Virus record (IMG/VR): IMGVR_UViG_3300017778_005394
Span: 1 to 32,761 of that record
Length of the DNA stretch: 32,761 nucleotides
From: a virus
Lineage: Duplodnaviria; Caudoviricetes
Strand: one strand, 5' to 3'
Both the position numbers and the translations under genes were made by a program. The notes under the pieces were generated by a model. It made no database searches, was not told where the DNA came from, and saw only the letters and a list, made by a program, of their open reading frames with translations. Positions 17,969-25,779 of this stretch are shown here, piece after piece. Positions within the stretch are counted from its first letter, which is position 1. Each line of letters begins with the position of its first letter.

Positions 17969-18975
17969 GTCTAGCACTTTGGCACTGGCATATTGAAATA
18001 TCCAGCAAGTGTACATTGCGGTGCCCTCGTTGCGCTCGGCAAGAAGTACCTGATGGATTTAAAAATACCGAACTGAGTTTAGAATTCTTCTGGCAAAATT
18101 TCCCTGAATCATTCATTCAGCACCATGTAGAAAAACTTACATTCTGTGGCGATGATGGTGATCCCATCTATGCACATGATTTGCTGGAAGTTATCAAATA
18201 TTTCAAGAATACCAAACCCACTATTGAAATTGTGATTGTCACCAATGGTAGTTACAAAGATCCAGACTGGTGGCAAGAGCTGGGAAGATTGTTGGATATC
18301 CAGGACAGCGTACATTTCAGCATTGATGGATACAACGATGCATCCAACAATCAATATCGTGTCAACAGCAACTACCACAGCATCATAGCCGGCGTCCAGG
18401 CACTGCGAGCAGCAAGCAAATGTCAAATTGTCTGGGCCGCAATTGCGTTTTCATTCAACGAGCAGCATTTGGAACAGATGAAAGATCAAGCCCAACAGTT
18501 GGGCATGGATCGGTTTCAGTTGACACGCAGCACCAAGTTCTATAAAATCTACCCCAGTTACGGACCTGTGGACACCCTGCAGCCCCGGGACGAATTGATC
18601 AGCAATACCTTGCGTTTTGAACGTGAGGTCACTGATTTTACAGGCCGTAGCACTGCGATTTGGTCCGTTAATCGCAAACTTTACACAGACAGTCAAGTAC
18701 AAAATAATGTGAGACCTCTGTGCTCAATTGGCAATAAAGGCCTCTATATCAGCGCACAGGGTAACTTTTACCCTTGCTGTTGGGTGGCCAATCGCTATGA
18801 ACACAACCAACCCTGGCAGCGGTTGGGGCAAAAATACAATCTGCACACACAGGATTTACAGCAAGTTCTCGCTGACAATTTCTGGCAAAATGAGTTCCAG
18901 ACCTATGGTTGGATTGAATGTCAAACCAAATGTGCTGCTGCTGTGGTCACAGAAGAATATGCAACTCAGTGGTAA
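17965..18975 (+). CDS. Radical SAM protein with C-terminal SPASM/twitch-like cysteines
   Basis: CTLRCPRC (CxxxCxxC), GDP, TNG and FSIDG motifs, plus C-terminal C...G..YPCCW...CQTKC. Confidence 0.88.
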   Translation: MSLALWHWHIEISSKCTLRCPRCARQEVPDGFKNTELSLEFFWQNFPESFIQHHVEKLTFCGDDGDPIYAHDLLEVIKYFKNTKPTIEIVIVTNGSYKDPDWWQELGRLLDIQDSVHFSIDGYNDASNNQYRVNSNYHSIIAGVQALRAASKCQIVWAAIAFSFNEQHLEQMKDQAQQLGMDRFQLTRSTKFYKIYPSYGPVDTLQPRDELISNTLRFEREVTDFTGRSTAIWSVNRKLYTDSQVQNNVRPLCSIGNKGLYISAQGNFYPCCWVANRYEHNQPWQRLGQKYNLHTQDLQQVLADNFWQNEFQTYGWIECQTKCAAAVVTEEYATQW

Positions 18976-18993
18976 AGGGATAAATTATGCTGT

Positions 18994-19428
18994 ATGTCAT
19001 GGCTATTTGAATCTCTTGTAGTAGAATCGCTTCCTGAAGATTGTGCAGGATTTGTGTATTTGATCACAAACAACACAACCGGCAGGAAGTATATTGGTAA
19101 AAAACTGGCAAGATTTAAACGAACAACTTATCGAGTGGTTAAACTTAAAAACGGTAACAAAAAGCGCAAGAAAATCAGAGGTACAATAGATTCAGACTGG
19201 CAAACATATTATGGCTCATCACCCGAACTCTCCAAAGACATAGAACAACTAGGCATAGAAAACTTCTCCCGCGAAATATTGTATTATTGCAAAACCAAAT
19301 CGGAATGCAGTTATATAGAGGCTCGTGAACAATTCTCAAGACGTGTGCTGGAATCAGATGACTACTATAATGGTCATATTCAAGTTCGCGTCCATGGCTC
19401 GCATATCAAAGGCAAACTAAGCAACTAA
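18994..19428 (+). CDS. Short GIY-YIG family nuclease
   Basis: GFVYLITN...GRKYIGKK, Y.GSS, REIL, a catalytic-type E and YYN. Only 144 aa. Confidence 0.85.
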   Translation: MSWLFESLVVESLPEDCAGFVYLITNNTTGRKYIGKKLARFKRTTYRVVKLKNGNKKRKKIRGTIDSDWQTYYGSSPELSKDIEQLGIENFSREILYYCKTKSECSYIEAREQFSRRVLESDDYYNGHIQVRVHGSHIKGKLSN

Positions 19429-19790
19429 GGCTAGCACAGGCCAACATCGTGTGCCCTAGACCTGGATCTCAGATCACAGGGACGGAAGACTCACCGCGCT
19501 AGTGAGCACTCAACTACTACCCGAAAGGATGAAGATCGCAAACGCCGCGATTTAGTTGTTTGAAAAGGACAAAAGGCAAAAAAGACGCTTGAGCGATCAA
19601 GCACGTTTGTTGGCAAGGACTAGCATCTTGTTGATAAACCGCCGTTGTAATAAAGACGGGGATGGAGGTACCGGACAACCGCCTCTGCTAAACACCCTAA
19701 TGCTAGTGACTGTGATACTCGGATGATGTCGCATTTTTCTTTGCCCGCCCTGGGCAAAGAGTGACTGCTTTATCTGGATGATATCTTTAA
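19429..19790 (+). ncRNA. Candidate highly structured non-coding RNA (family not recognised)
   Basis: No ORF of 60 aa or more. Contains about 10 stems, GNRA tetraloops (GAAA, GCGA), G-U pairs favouring the + strand, and an 8-bp loop-distal pseudoknot. Boundaries are approximate. Confidence 0.65.
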
Positions 19791-19827
19791 AGACAGTACA
19801 TTGATGAACGCAGTGAAATCAATAGAA

Positions 19828-20865
19828 CTACGAAGTAGTTCTCAAAGCATGATGATTAGGCTCCAACAATGTATGTAACTTTTGAGTATTGTCAGGAAAT
19901 GATTCAAGTTGCCAATTACGAATGTTAAGGTTGTGTTGATAAATCAAACGATGTTGAATGATTGCCTCTTGTAACAGAGTCAATGGACGCAATGGGTAAT
20001 ACCATCCCTTGACTGTGGCGATCACAATGTGATCTAGCTCATAACAAAATTTTAAGATTTGCTGTTGTATTTGTTGCCATTGTTGATATACCACTCTCCA
20101 ATGTACCATCTGGGTTTCTATTAGAGATTCATCAATGTACTGTAGACATCTCCTCACTACAGATTCCCCATCATGCCACAGTTCTTCGCAGTTGATCCAA
20201 AGATGTGGATTGGAGAAGTCTATCATCTCATTGTTGGGATTGAACTTGTCAACTTGCAGATTCAATGCCAGCATTTCTCTTTGATCCCAGATTGGATCTG
20301 TGCTGCGTATCTTATTGGCAAAGAACCATTGGTGAACTGCTATGAACATGTCATCGTGGTAGTCTATGCTTTGACCAACATTGGTTTGATACTTGGCTCG
20401 ATTCAGGGCCAGTGAATGATAAGTCAAGTTAGGCGTAGTCGGTGACAGATAGATCATAGGCACATTGGATGTACTGCAAGATTGGATTATCTGGGCATAG
20501 TCAATGTCACAGGTGGTCAACAGATACTGCCAGATTTGAGGATCCTGCATACGTTGTTCTGTGAACCCCAGTGCCAGTGCGACTATTTCTGGTGGCATGG
20601 GCGCAGGATAAAAAGAGTGAAAAGTTTTGGTGTTTGTTTGTTGTAAGTCTGCTAGAGCCGACAAAAATTCGCTGTGTCCAGTTGGATGATTTTTTAAATG
20701 CTGATGTGCATTGTTGTTGTCAATGGGAGAGTCTGTCAACGATATCCATGCCTGCTGCTCAACATTGTAGACTTTGTGATGTCCGGTGAGCCAATGCAAA
20801 CTCCAGTCTAAAAATGTAGCCCCCACAGGTGCTGAACTGGTAACACATACTACTTTAGATGTCAT
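19828..20865 (-). CDS. Hypothetical protein, possibly sulfotransferase/P-loop-like fold
   Basis: Long ORF, probably starting at ATG 20865 (MTSKVVCVTSSAPVGATFLDWSL), which loosely resembles a PAPS-binding loop. Confidence 0.5.
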   Translation of the reverse strand: MTSKVVCVTSSAPVGATFLDWSLHWLTGHHKVYNVEQQAWISLTDSPIDNNNAHQHLKNHPTGHSEFLSALADLQQTNTKTFHSFYPAPMPPEIVALALGFTEQRMQDPQIWQYLLTTCDIDYAQIIQSCSTSNVPMIYLSPTTPNLTYHSLALNRAKYQTNVGQSIDYHDDMFIAVHQWFFANKIRSTDPIWDQREMLALNLQVDKFNPNNEMIDFSNPHLWINCEELWHDGESVVRRCLQYIDESLIETQMVHWRVVYQQWQQIQQQILKFCYELDHIVIATVKGWYYPLRPLTLLQEAIIQHRLIYQHNLNIRNWQLESFPDNTQKLHTLLEPNHHALRTTS

Positions 20866-21187
20866 CTGGCCAATCTCTAAACAGTGCGTGTTGTATATTG
20901 CCTGATACGAACTGATTGAAGCTACGATGCTTGTCTTCAAGCTCACCTTTGAGTGGTGCTACTCGGCGAAAAGCTTCATCCATCTGTGCCATGCCCGTGA
21001 ATTCCATGATGATCATCCACTCGGGCATGTCAGAGATTGATCTAAATCCCATCTTGCAACGTGTAATTCTATAACTTTCCATCTTGTTTTCTTCCACAAG
21101 ATGATCAAAGAAGCTGCGCATGTTGGTGACCCACTCAAGATCAGAGATGTCGCCTTGTTTGTCGGCCCATATAGTGTATAAGTCCAT
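20855..21187 (-). CDS. Small protein resembling the DUF6614 family
   Basis: 110 aa with the pattern MDLYTIW...RITRCKMGF...EF..MAQMDEAF...H...LFRDWPD, recognised from memory. Confidence 0.55.
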   Translation of the reverse strand: MDLYTIWADKQGDISDLEWVTNMRSFFDHLVEENKMESYRITRCKMGFRSISDMPEWMIIMEFTGMAQMDEAFRRVAPLKGELEDKHRSFNQFVSGNIQHALFRDWPDDI

Positions 21188-21627
21188 TATGTCATTGGTC
21201 CCAAAATTTCAAATCCATCTATTTGGCTCTTGTACAGATGTGCCTGCTCAAGATACAAATAATCAAAACCTCGTGCCCGATAGATGGCACATTCGGTTTT
21301 CATTGTTTCAATACCCAGCCTCAGTTCGGGACGATGATATGTCCAAGCAAACTGATCGCACAGGGCATTGCAATCATCAAACCTGCGTATCAAACTCCAG
21401 GCCACTAACTTATTGTCGTCATAGTAGCCAATGATGTCGGACCCTGGATCACGATACCGACTTGGAAACATCGGCATCACAGATCCAAACTTTTTGTAAA
21501 TGCAATAGGTTCTGTAGATGTCATCTAACTGCTGACATATTTCGGGGGTGGGTTTGAGATATTGCCACGCCACTGATTCAGTGTAGTTGGTCTCGTCAAG
21601 ATTGATCCTGGCAAATTGATAAGTCAC
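21187..21627 (-). CDS. GNAT-fold protein resembling the C-terminal domain of arginyl/leucyl-tRNA-protein transferase (ATE/Bpt)
   Basis: YY...KLVAWS...Y..P.L.LG......E....R.RG..YLYL parallels the ATE_C consensus. Confidence 0.55.
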   Translation of the reverse strand: MTYQFARINLDETNYTESVAWQYLKPTPEICQQLDDIYRTYCIYKKFGSVMPMFPSRYRDPGSDIIGYYDDNKLVAWSLIRRFDDCNALCDQFAWTYHRPELRLGIETMKTECAIYRARGFDYLYLEQAHLYKSQIDGFEILGPMT

Positions 21628-22127
21628 AGTCTAGGGTCCTGGCGATGTGCAAACAAGCCTTGTAGATAATCTTCGGGCCAGTTTTGATAGTAGCCCTTGT
21701 GAGCCAACTGTTGTGCTGCTGCTTCTAGTTTTGTTTTGTCTTGCAAGAATATCAGTGCGTATTGCCCTTGGTTCATTGCAACACCGTTGATGATTTCTGG
21801 CGAGTCAGGATGATCAGTTAGGGCCAACATATTCTTGTTGTCAAGATAATTGACCTGTACCATCCGAGCACAGTTTTCCATATGGCCAGCACTGACTGTT
21901 TTGGGATCATAAACAAGAGCCACAACCTCGCGTCCTTGCATGCCCCAGCGCCAGTGATTTACCAAATCAAAGTAGGGATCGTTACCTGGCACAATGGCAA
22001 TGGTGTTGGCTAACCTGGCCTGACGAGCATACGGGCACGGCGCCCAGTTGTTGAGTGCAGGGTTGGGCTTTTCAACAAAGTCCGTGATCCACTGCTCAAT
22101 GTCCAGTTTGGCTTGTTCAAAATCCAT
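21624..22127 (-). CDS. DUF1415-like hypothetical protein
   Basis: W...FV......L....CPYA N-terminal motif and an internal HP. Confidence 0.5.
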   Translation of the reverse strand: MDFEQAKLDIEQWITDFVEKPNPALNNWAPCPYARQARLANTIAIVPGNDPYFDLVNHWRWGMQGREVVALVYDPKTVSAGHMENCARMVQVNYLDNKNMLALTDHPDSPEIINGVAMNQGQYALIFLQDKTKLEAAAQQLAHKGYYQNWPEDYLQGLFAHRQDPRL

Positions 22128-22315
22128 TAGAAGAATGGTAAATTTGTTTTCTTGGTGGTTTCAAGATTGTCTTTGATCAATTCATTGATCTGGACTCGTT
22201 CTTCCCAGCTCAAATTTAAAATTTGTTCGTAAGTCATCCCACCACGCATATACCAGCTCATCCTAACTGCTTCTCGCCGTATATCCGCGGCCTCTGTGTC
22301 CATGGTAGTGATCAT
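22127..22315 (-). CDS. Small baseplate/tail assembly protein (gp51-like); probably the frameshifted extension of the upstream gene
   Basis: WYMRGGMTYEQILNLSWEER motif. Its frame stays open upstream to the slippery site at 22357-22363. Confidence 0.65.
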   Translation of the reverse strand: MITTMDTEAADIRREAVRMSWYMRGGMTYEQILNLSWEERVQINELIKDNLETTKKTNLPFF

Positions 22316-22341
22316 TGCCTCAATTTCTTCCGGACCGGAAG

Positions 22342-23184
22342 TTAAGAGGCGTTGCCGAAAAAATTAGATTGGTTTAATGTAAATGATTGCTGATACTCAT
22401 GTTCGCAACTGCCACATTTAATGGTCAGTGGCTTAAAATCACTGTCCTTGCGCAGATCTATAATATGATCTCTAATCTCTTGAAATACTTTACGATCGCA
22501 GTTTCTTAAAAAATCTTCAATGTGAGATTTTTCAGTGACCATGACGTTGGGTGTTTTGATCGTGCTGATGGACATCCCCAACATTCTCACAGTTAGATCT
22601 GTGATCTGTGTCATGGCACCCTTTAGAATTTCTATTTTTTCTTCCTCGGGGACATTGGCATCATTAAGATTCTGAATTGTTTTTTGATCCTGGAACTGTG
22701 CTGACGTAGTGGTATGCAACTGTTGATAGCTAATTGGTGCAAAGTATATTTCAAGATCACCCTGACTCACTGTTTGATCATAATTGGGCATGCGCAAGTT
22801 CTGCAGGATGGTTCTAAGATCAATGGTGTATTCATCCTCATGCTGACAGTCCGGGCAGGCAGTGCTGAGTTCTAACTCATGTCCATAGCTGGCTATTCTA
22901 ATGGCAGTCAGTATGGTGTCAACATCCACTACCGGGCAATGCCAGGCATTTTTAATGCTTGGGCAACAGCTCTGTATAACTGAAACCACAGCCTGGCCAT
23001 TGAACAGTGCATCAGGAGTGCGATAAGTTATTTCATCAATTGCAGTCATGGGCAGCACAGGTAGCTCATGATTTTCGGGCATTGTCAGCGATCCCGGTGG
23101 CCAAAATTGTCCATCACTGGGTAACTGTACGTAAATGGCTGGCTGCCGAAAGTAGTGATTTAAAGGGTTAGTTGGTTGGGTCAT
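22342..23184 (-). CDS. Baseplate hub assembly chaperone, gp26-like
   Basis: NPL..YFRQP, LPS.G, MTA.DE, D.D..L.AIRIASYG and two CxxC pairs (CPDC, CGSC). The start is 23184 or 23196. Confidence 0.75.
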   Translation of the reverse strand: MTQPTNPLNHYFRQPAIYVQLPSDGQFWPPGSLTMPENHELPVLPMTAIDEITYRTPDALFNGQAVVSVIQSCCPSIKNAWHCPVVDVDTILTAIRIASYGHELELSTACPDCQHEDEYTIDLRTILQNLRMPNYDQTVSQGDLEIYFAPISYQQLHTTTSAQFQDQKTIQNLNDANVPEEEKIEILKGAMTQITDLTVRMLGMSISTIKTPNVMVTEKSHIEDFLRNCDRKVFQEIRDHIIDLRKDSDFKPLTIKCGSCEHEYQQSFTLNQSNFFGNAS

Positions 23185-23193
23185 TTTTATGTC

Positions 23194-23219
23194 CATAAAT
23201 ATAAGATAAAGTACTTATA
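23194..23219. promoter_or_regulatory. Divergent pair of putative late promoters
   Basis: CATAAATA on + (23194-23201) facing the tape-measure gene, and TATAAGTA on - (23212-23219) facing the gp26-like gene. Confidence 0.5.
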
Positions 23220-23234
23220 TTTCACGAGAGCACC

Positions 23235-25763
23235 ATGGCAGATTATACTGAACAAGAACGAATAGAGTTGGCCCGACAAGTAGCTGAGGAGATGCGTCTC
23301 TACGGGCAGATGCACGCCAGTACTGCTGCACAGGTTCGCGACGCCAGCGTTGGAGTAAAAGATTTCACTGCAAAGACCACCAGCGCAGCCAGTATGGTGG
23401 GGAAGTCATTTCAAGATTTAGCCAAATCAACCTACGCTGGCAAGCAAGGTTTGTCGGAATTCAACGGAGTAATTGAATCCACAACTACTGCCATGGGAAT
23501 TATGCTTGCAATGCTGGGCGGCCCAATTTGGGGAACAATTGCTCTTGGGTTAGTAGCATTTGGCAAAGCTCTGGGCATGGCCAACAAAATGTCTCAACAG
23601 ACATTTGAAGCCTACAAACAACTAGCAGATGTTGGCGGGGCAGCCGGTGCATCGTTGCAAGGATTAAGAAATCAAGCCAGGGACTTTGATTACACCCTAG
23701 GCGAGGGCGACGAAGGACTCAAAGACTTTGTTGCAATGATTGCCAAGAACAGCCAAACCCTGGCATACTTCAAAGGCACAGTGGCTCAGGGCACCGCTGC
23801 CGCAGCCGGAATTGGGGATGCATTTAGTCAGTACCGAGATCCGCTGTTAAAACTCGGACTCTCCACCGAAGATCAAAATCAATCCATCTTAAACTATATC
23901 AACTATAGTTCAAGACTTGGCATGAGCCAAGGCAAGACCTTTGATCAACTGGCAGCCAGTGCTAGAAAATATATTGTAGAAACCGAAGCATTGTCTGCAT
24001 TATCTGGAAAAAGCCGCGAGGAAATTGAACAACAACGACGATCGGCACTGAGCGAACAGCAGTATCGTGCTAAAATTGAAGAAATGAGGGCCAACAAGGA
24101 CTTTGAAGGTGTTGAACGCCTGACCAAATTCAATGCCGCACTTACAGCGGCGGGGCCGGCCGGGGAAGAGGTTGCCAAGGGAATGAGACAGCTGGCAGTG
24201 AGTGGGTTACAAACTGCCGAAGCACAGGCCTTGAATCGACTGACCAACGGTGAAGCTTTGAGAATACAGCAACTGGTCAATCAAGGGAAGATCAGCGAAG
24301 CAGATGCAGTGACTCAATTACAAAAGGCAGTGGGAGCAGGGCTGCCAACCTGGAACACACTAGCGCAGCAAAATGTTGATCTAACCGGCACCATTGGCAA
24401 GATGTCTAACATGTATGATTTTCAAGCAGGTGCTGCTGGTGATTATGGCAAGGCACTGACTGCTTCAAGAAACGCAGTTAATGCTACTATACACTCAAAA
24501 GAAGCAGAACTCAATAGCAATGTCAATACAATTAGAAATCAAAAAGAGGCCGCAAAGAGTCTACAAGGCGTGATTGAAAAGTTTATTAATGTAGCCACTG
24601 GCCTGACCAATGGATTGTCCAAACTTTGGAAATCTATTTCCGGCACAATGCTTGATATTTCTGATGTTGCTGAAGATATAATTGACTATATCAAGTATAA
24701 TATCCTAAAAATGGATAAGCCCACATACGACAAAGATCTCGCAGCGACCCTAACACAGCAACAAGAATCAATGAAAAATTCGCTTGCTGATTTTAAGAAA
24801 ACAGGAAAGATGAATATCTCTGGGGAGGATGAGGCTCTAAGGTATCAAGGCAAAGAAGGCAAAGCATTATACGAACAAGATAAACTTGCACAGTTGGCTA
24901 AATTAAAAGAGCAAGAACGAATCAACGAAGCCAAGCGCGGGCTTGAAGATCAAAAAGCAGCACGCCGCAAGAGTCTTCGAGAAAAGTTTTACGGTGACAC
25001 AGAAGCAGCACCTGCACCTGCCGGGGGAGGAACTCCGCCAGCAAAAGTGCCAGCAGCAACAGCCGCAGCGGCGCCGGGTGCCCCGGCACGAAAGGGTTAT
25101 ACTGCACACAGCAATCAGAGTCTAGCGGCCTTGGGTTTGACTCTAACAGGCAAAGGTGGGGAGAAGGGAGATCGGCAAGCAGAAGGTGCGCAAGTATCCG
25201 ACAAATTAATTGAGTTGGCTCAAAAAATTAAATCCAACATACCTGGATTCACTGGATTCACTGGGTTCAATGACAACTTTCATCGAGAGGAAATACCTAA
25301 CAGTGGACATGCCCAAGGATTGTCAGTAGATTTTGTTCTTAACAAGAGACCCACTCGTGAAGAAGGTCAAAAATTAGTTAATATGTTAAAAAGCATGGGA
25401 GCCAGCGTTGCTAAAGATGAATACAATGATCCCAGCAGCCAGGCAACAGGCCCGCATTTTCACGCCAGTGTACCTGAGGGCAGATATGGCGGAATTTTTG
25501 AAGGGCCACGCACTGGCTATGCTGCAGTGATGCATGGTCGTGAAGCAATATTGCCCTTGCCCAACGGCCAAAGCATTCCAATTGCTATTGATACTGAAAA
25601 AATTATTGAAAGTTTTTCTGAAGCGTTAAAACGCACATCATCTTCTAGCACAAGTTCATCTGACCGTGGGACCGATCTTCTTTCAGCACTGCTTGACATG
25701 GTGAGTCTGCAGCGTGATCAAAACGATTTGGTCAGTAAATTACTGCAAGTACAACGGGCCTAA
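23235..25763 (+). CDS. Tape-measure-like tail protein with C-terminal putative zinc peptidoglycan peptidase
   Basis: Ala/Gln-rich helical body with an early hydrophobic stretch. HAQGLSVD...GPHFH resembles the M15 H-x6-D/HxH motif, and GGI..GP..GY...MHG.EAILPL is a phage tail motif. Confidence 0.65.
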   Translation: MADYTEQERIELARQVAEEMRLYGQMHASTAAQVRDASVGVKDFTAKTTSAASMVGKSFQDLAKSTYAGKQGLSEFNGVIESTTTAMGIMLAMLGGPIWGTIALGLVAFGKALGMANKMSQQTFEAYKQLADVGGAAGASLQGLRNQARDFDYTLGEGDEGLKDFVAMIAKNSQTLAYFKGTVAQGTAAAAGIGDAFSQYRDPLLKLGLSTEDQNQSILNYINYSSRLGMSQGKTFDQLAASARKYIVETEALSALSGKSREEIEQQRRSALSEQQYRAKIEEMRANKDFEGVERLTKFNAALTAAGPAGEEVAKGMRQLAVSGLQTAEAQALNRLTNGEALRIQQLVNQGKISEADAVTQLQKAVGAGLPTWNTLAQQNVDLTGTIGKMSNMYDFQAGAAGDYGKALTASRNAVNATIHSKEAELNSNVNTIRNQKEAAKSLQGVIEKFINVATGLTNGLSKLWKSISGTMLDISDVAEDIIDYIKYNILKMDKPTYDKDLAATLTQQQESMKNSLADFKKTGKMNISGEDEALRYQGKEGKALYEQDKLAQLAKLKEQERINEAKRGLEDQKAARRKSLREKFYGDTEAAPAPAGGGTPPAKVPAATAAAAPGAPARKGYTAHSNQSLAALGLTLTGKGGEKGDRQAEGAQVSDKLIELAQKIKSNIPGFTGFTGFNDNFHREEIPNSGHAQGLSVDFVLNKRPTREEGQKLVNMLKSMGASVAKDEYNDPSSQATGPHFHASVPEGRYGGIFEGPRTGYAAVMHGREAILPLPNGQSIPIAIDTEKIIESFSEALKRTSSSSTSSSDRGTDLLSALLDMVSLQRDQNDLVSKLLQVQRA

Positions 25764-25779
25764 CGGTAAATACTACATT

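Noticed and set aside
18994-19428. Classical mobile homing endonuclease
   Set aside because: No appended DNA-binding domain and no interrupted host gene are visible, so it is not called a mobile element.
19429-19827. Group I intron, tRNA, tmRNA, RNase P or hammerhead assignment
   Set aside because: I could not identify canonical P7/J8-7, T-loop, P4 or CUGANGA core motifs. No interrupted gene is evident, because the flanking genes are complete and convergent. A divergent member cannot be excluded without Infernal.
25714-25779. Longer portal N-terminus given by the ORF track
   Set aside because: It overlaps the upstream gene. ATG 25780 after TAAATA is more plausible. The starts at 16160, 27425 and 20946 were shortened for the same reason.
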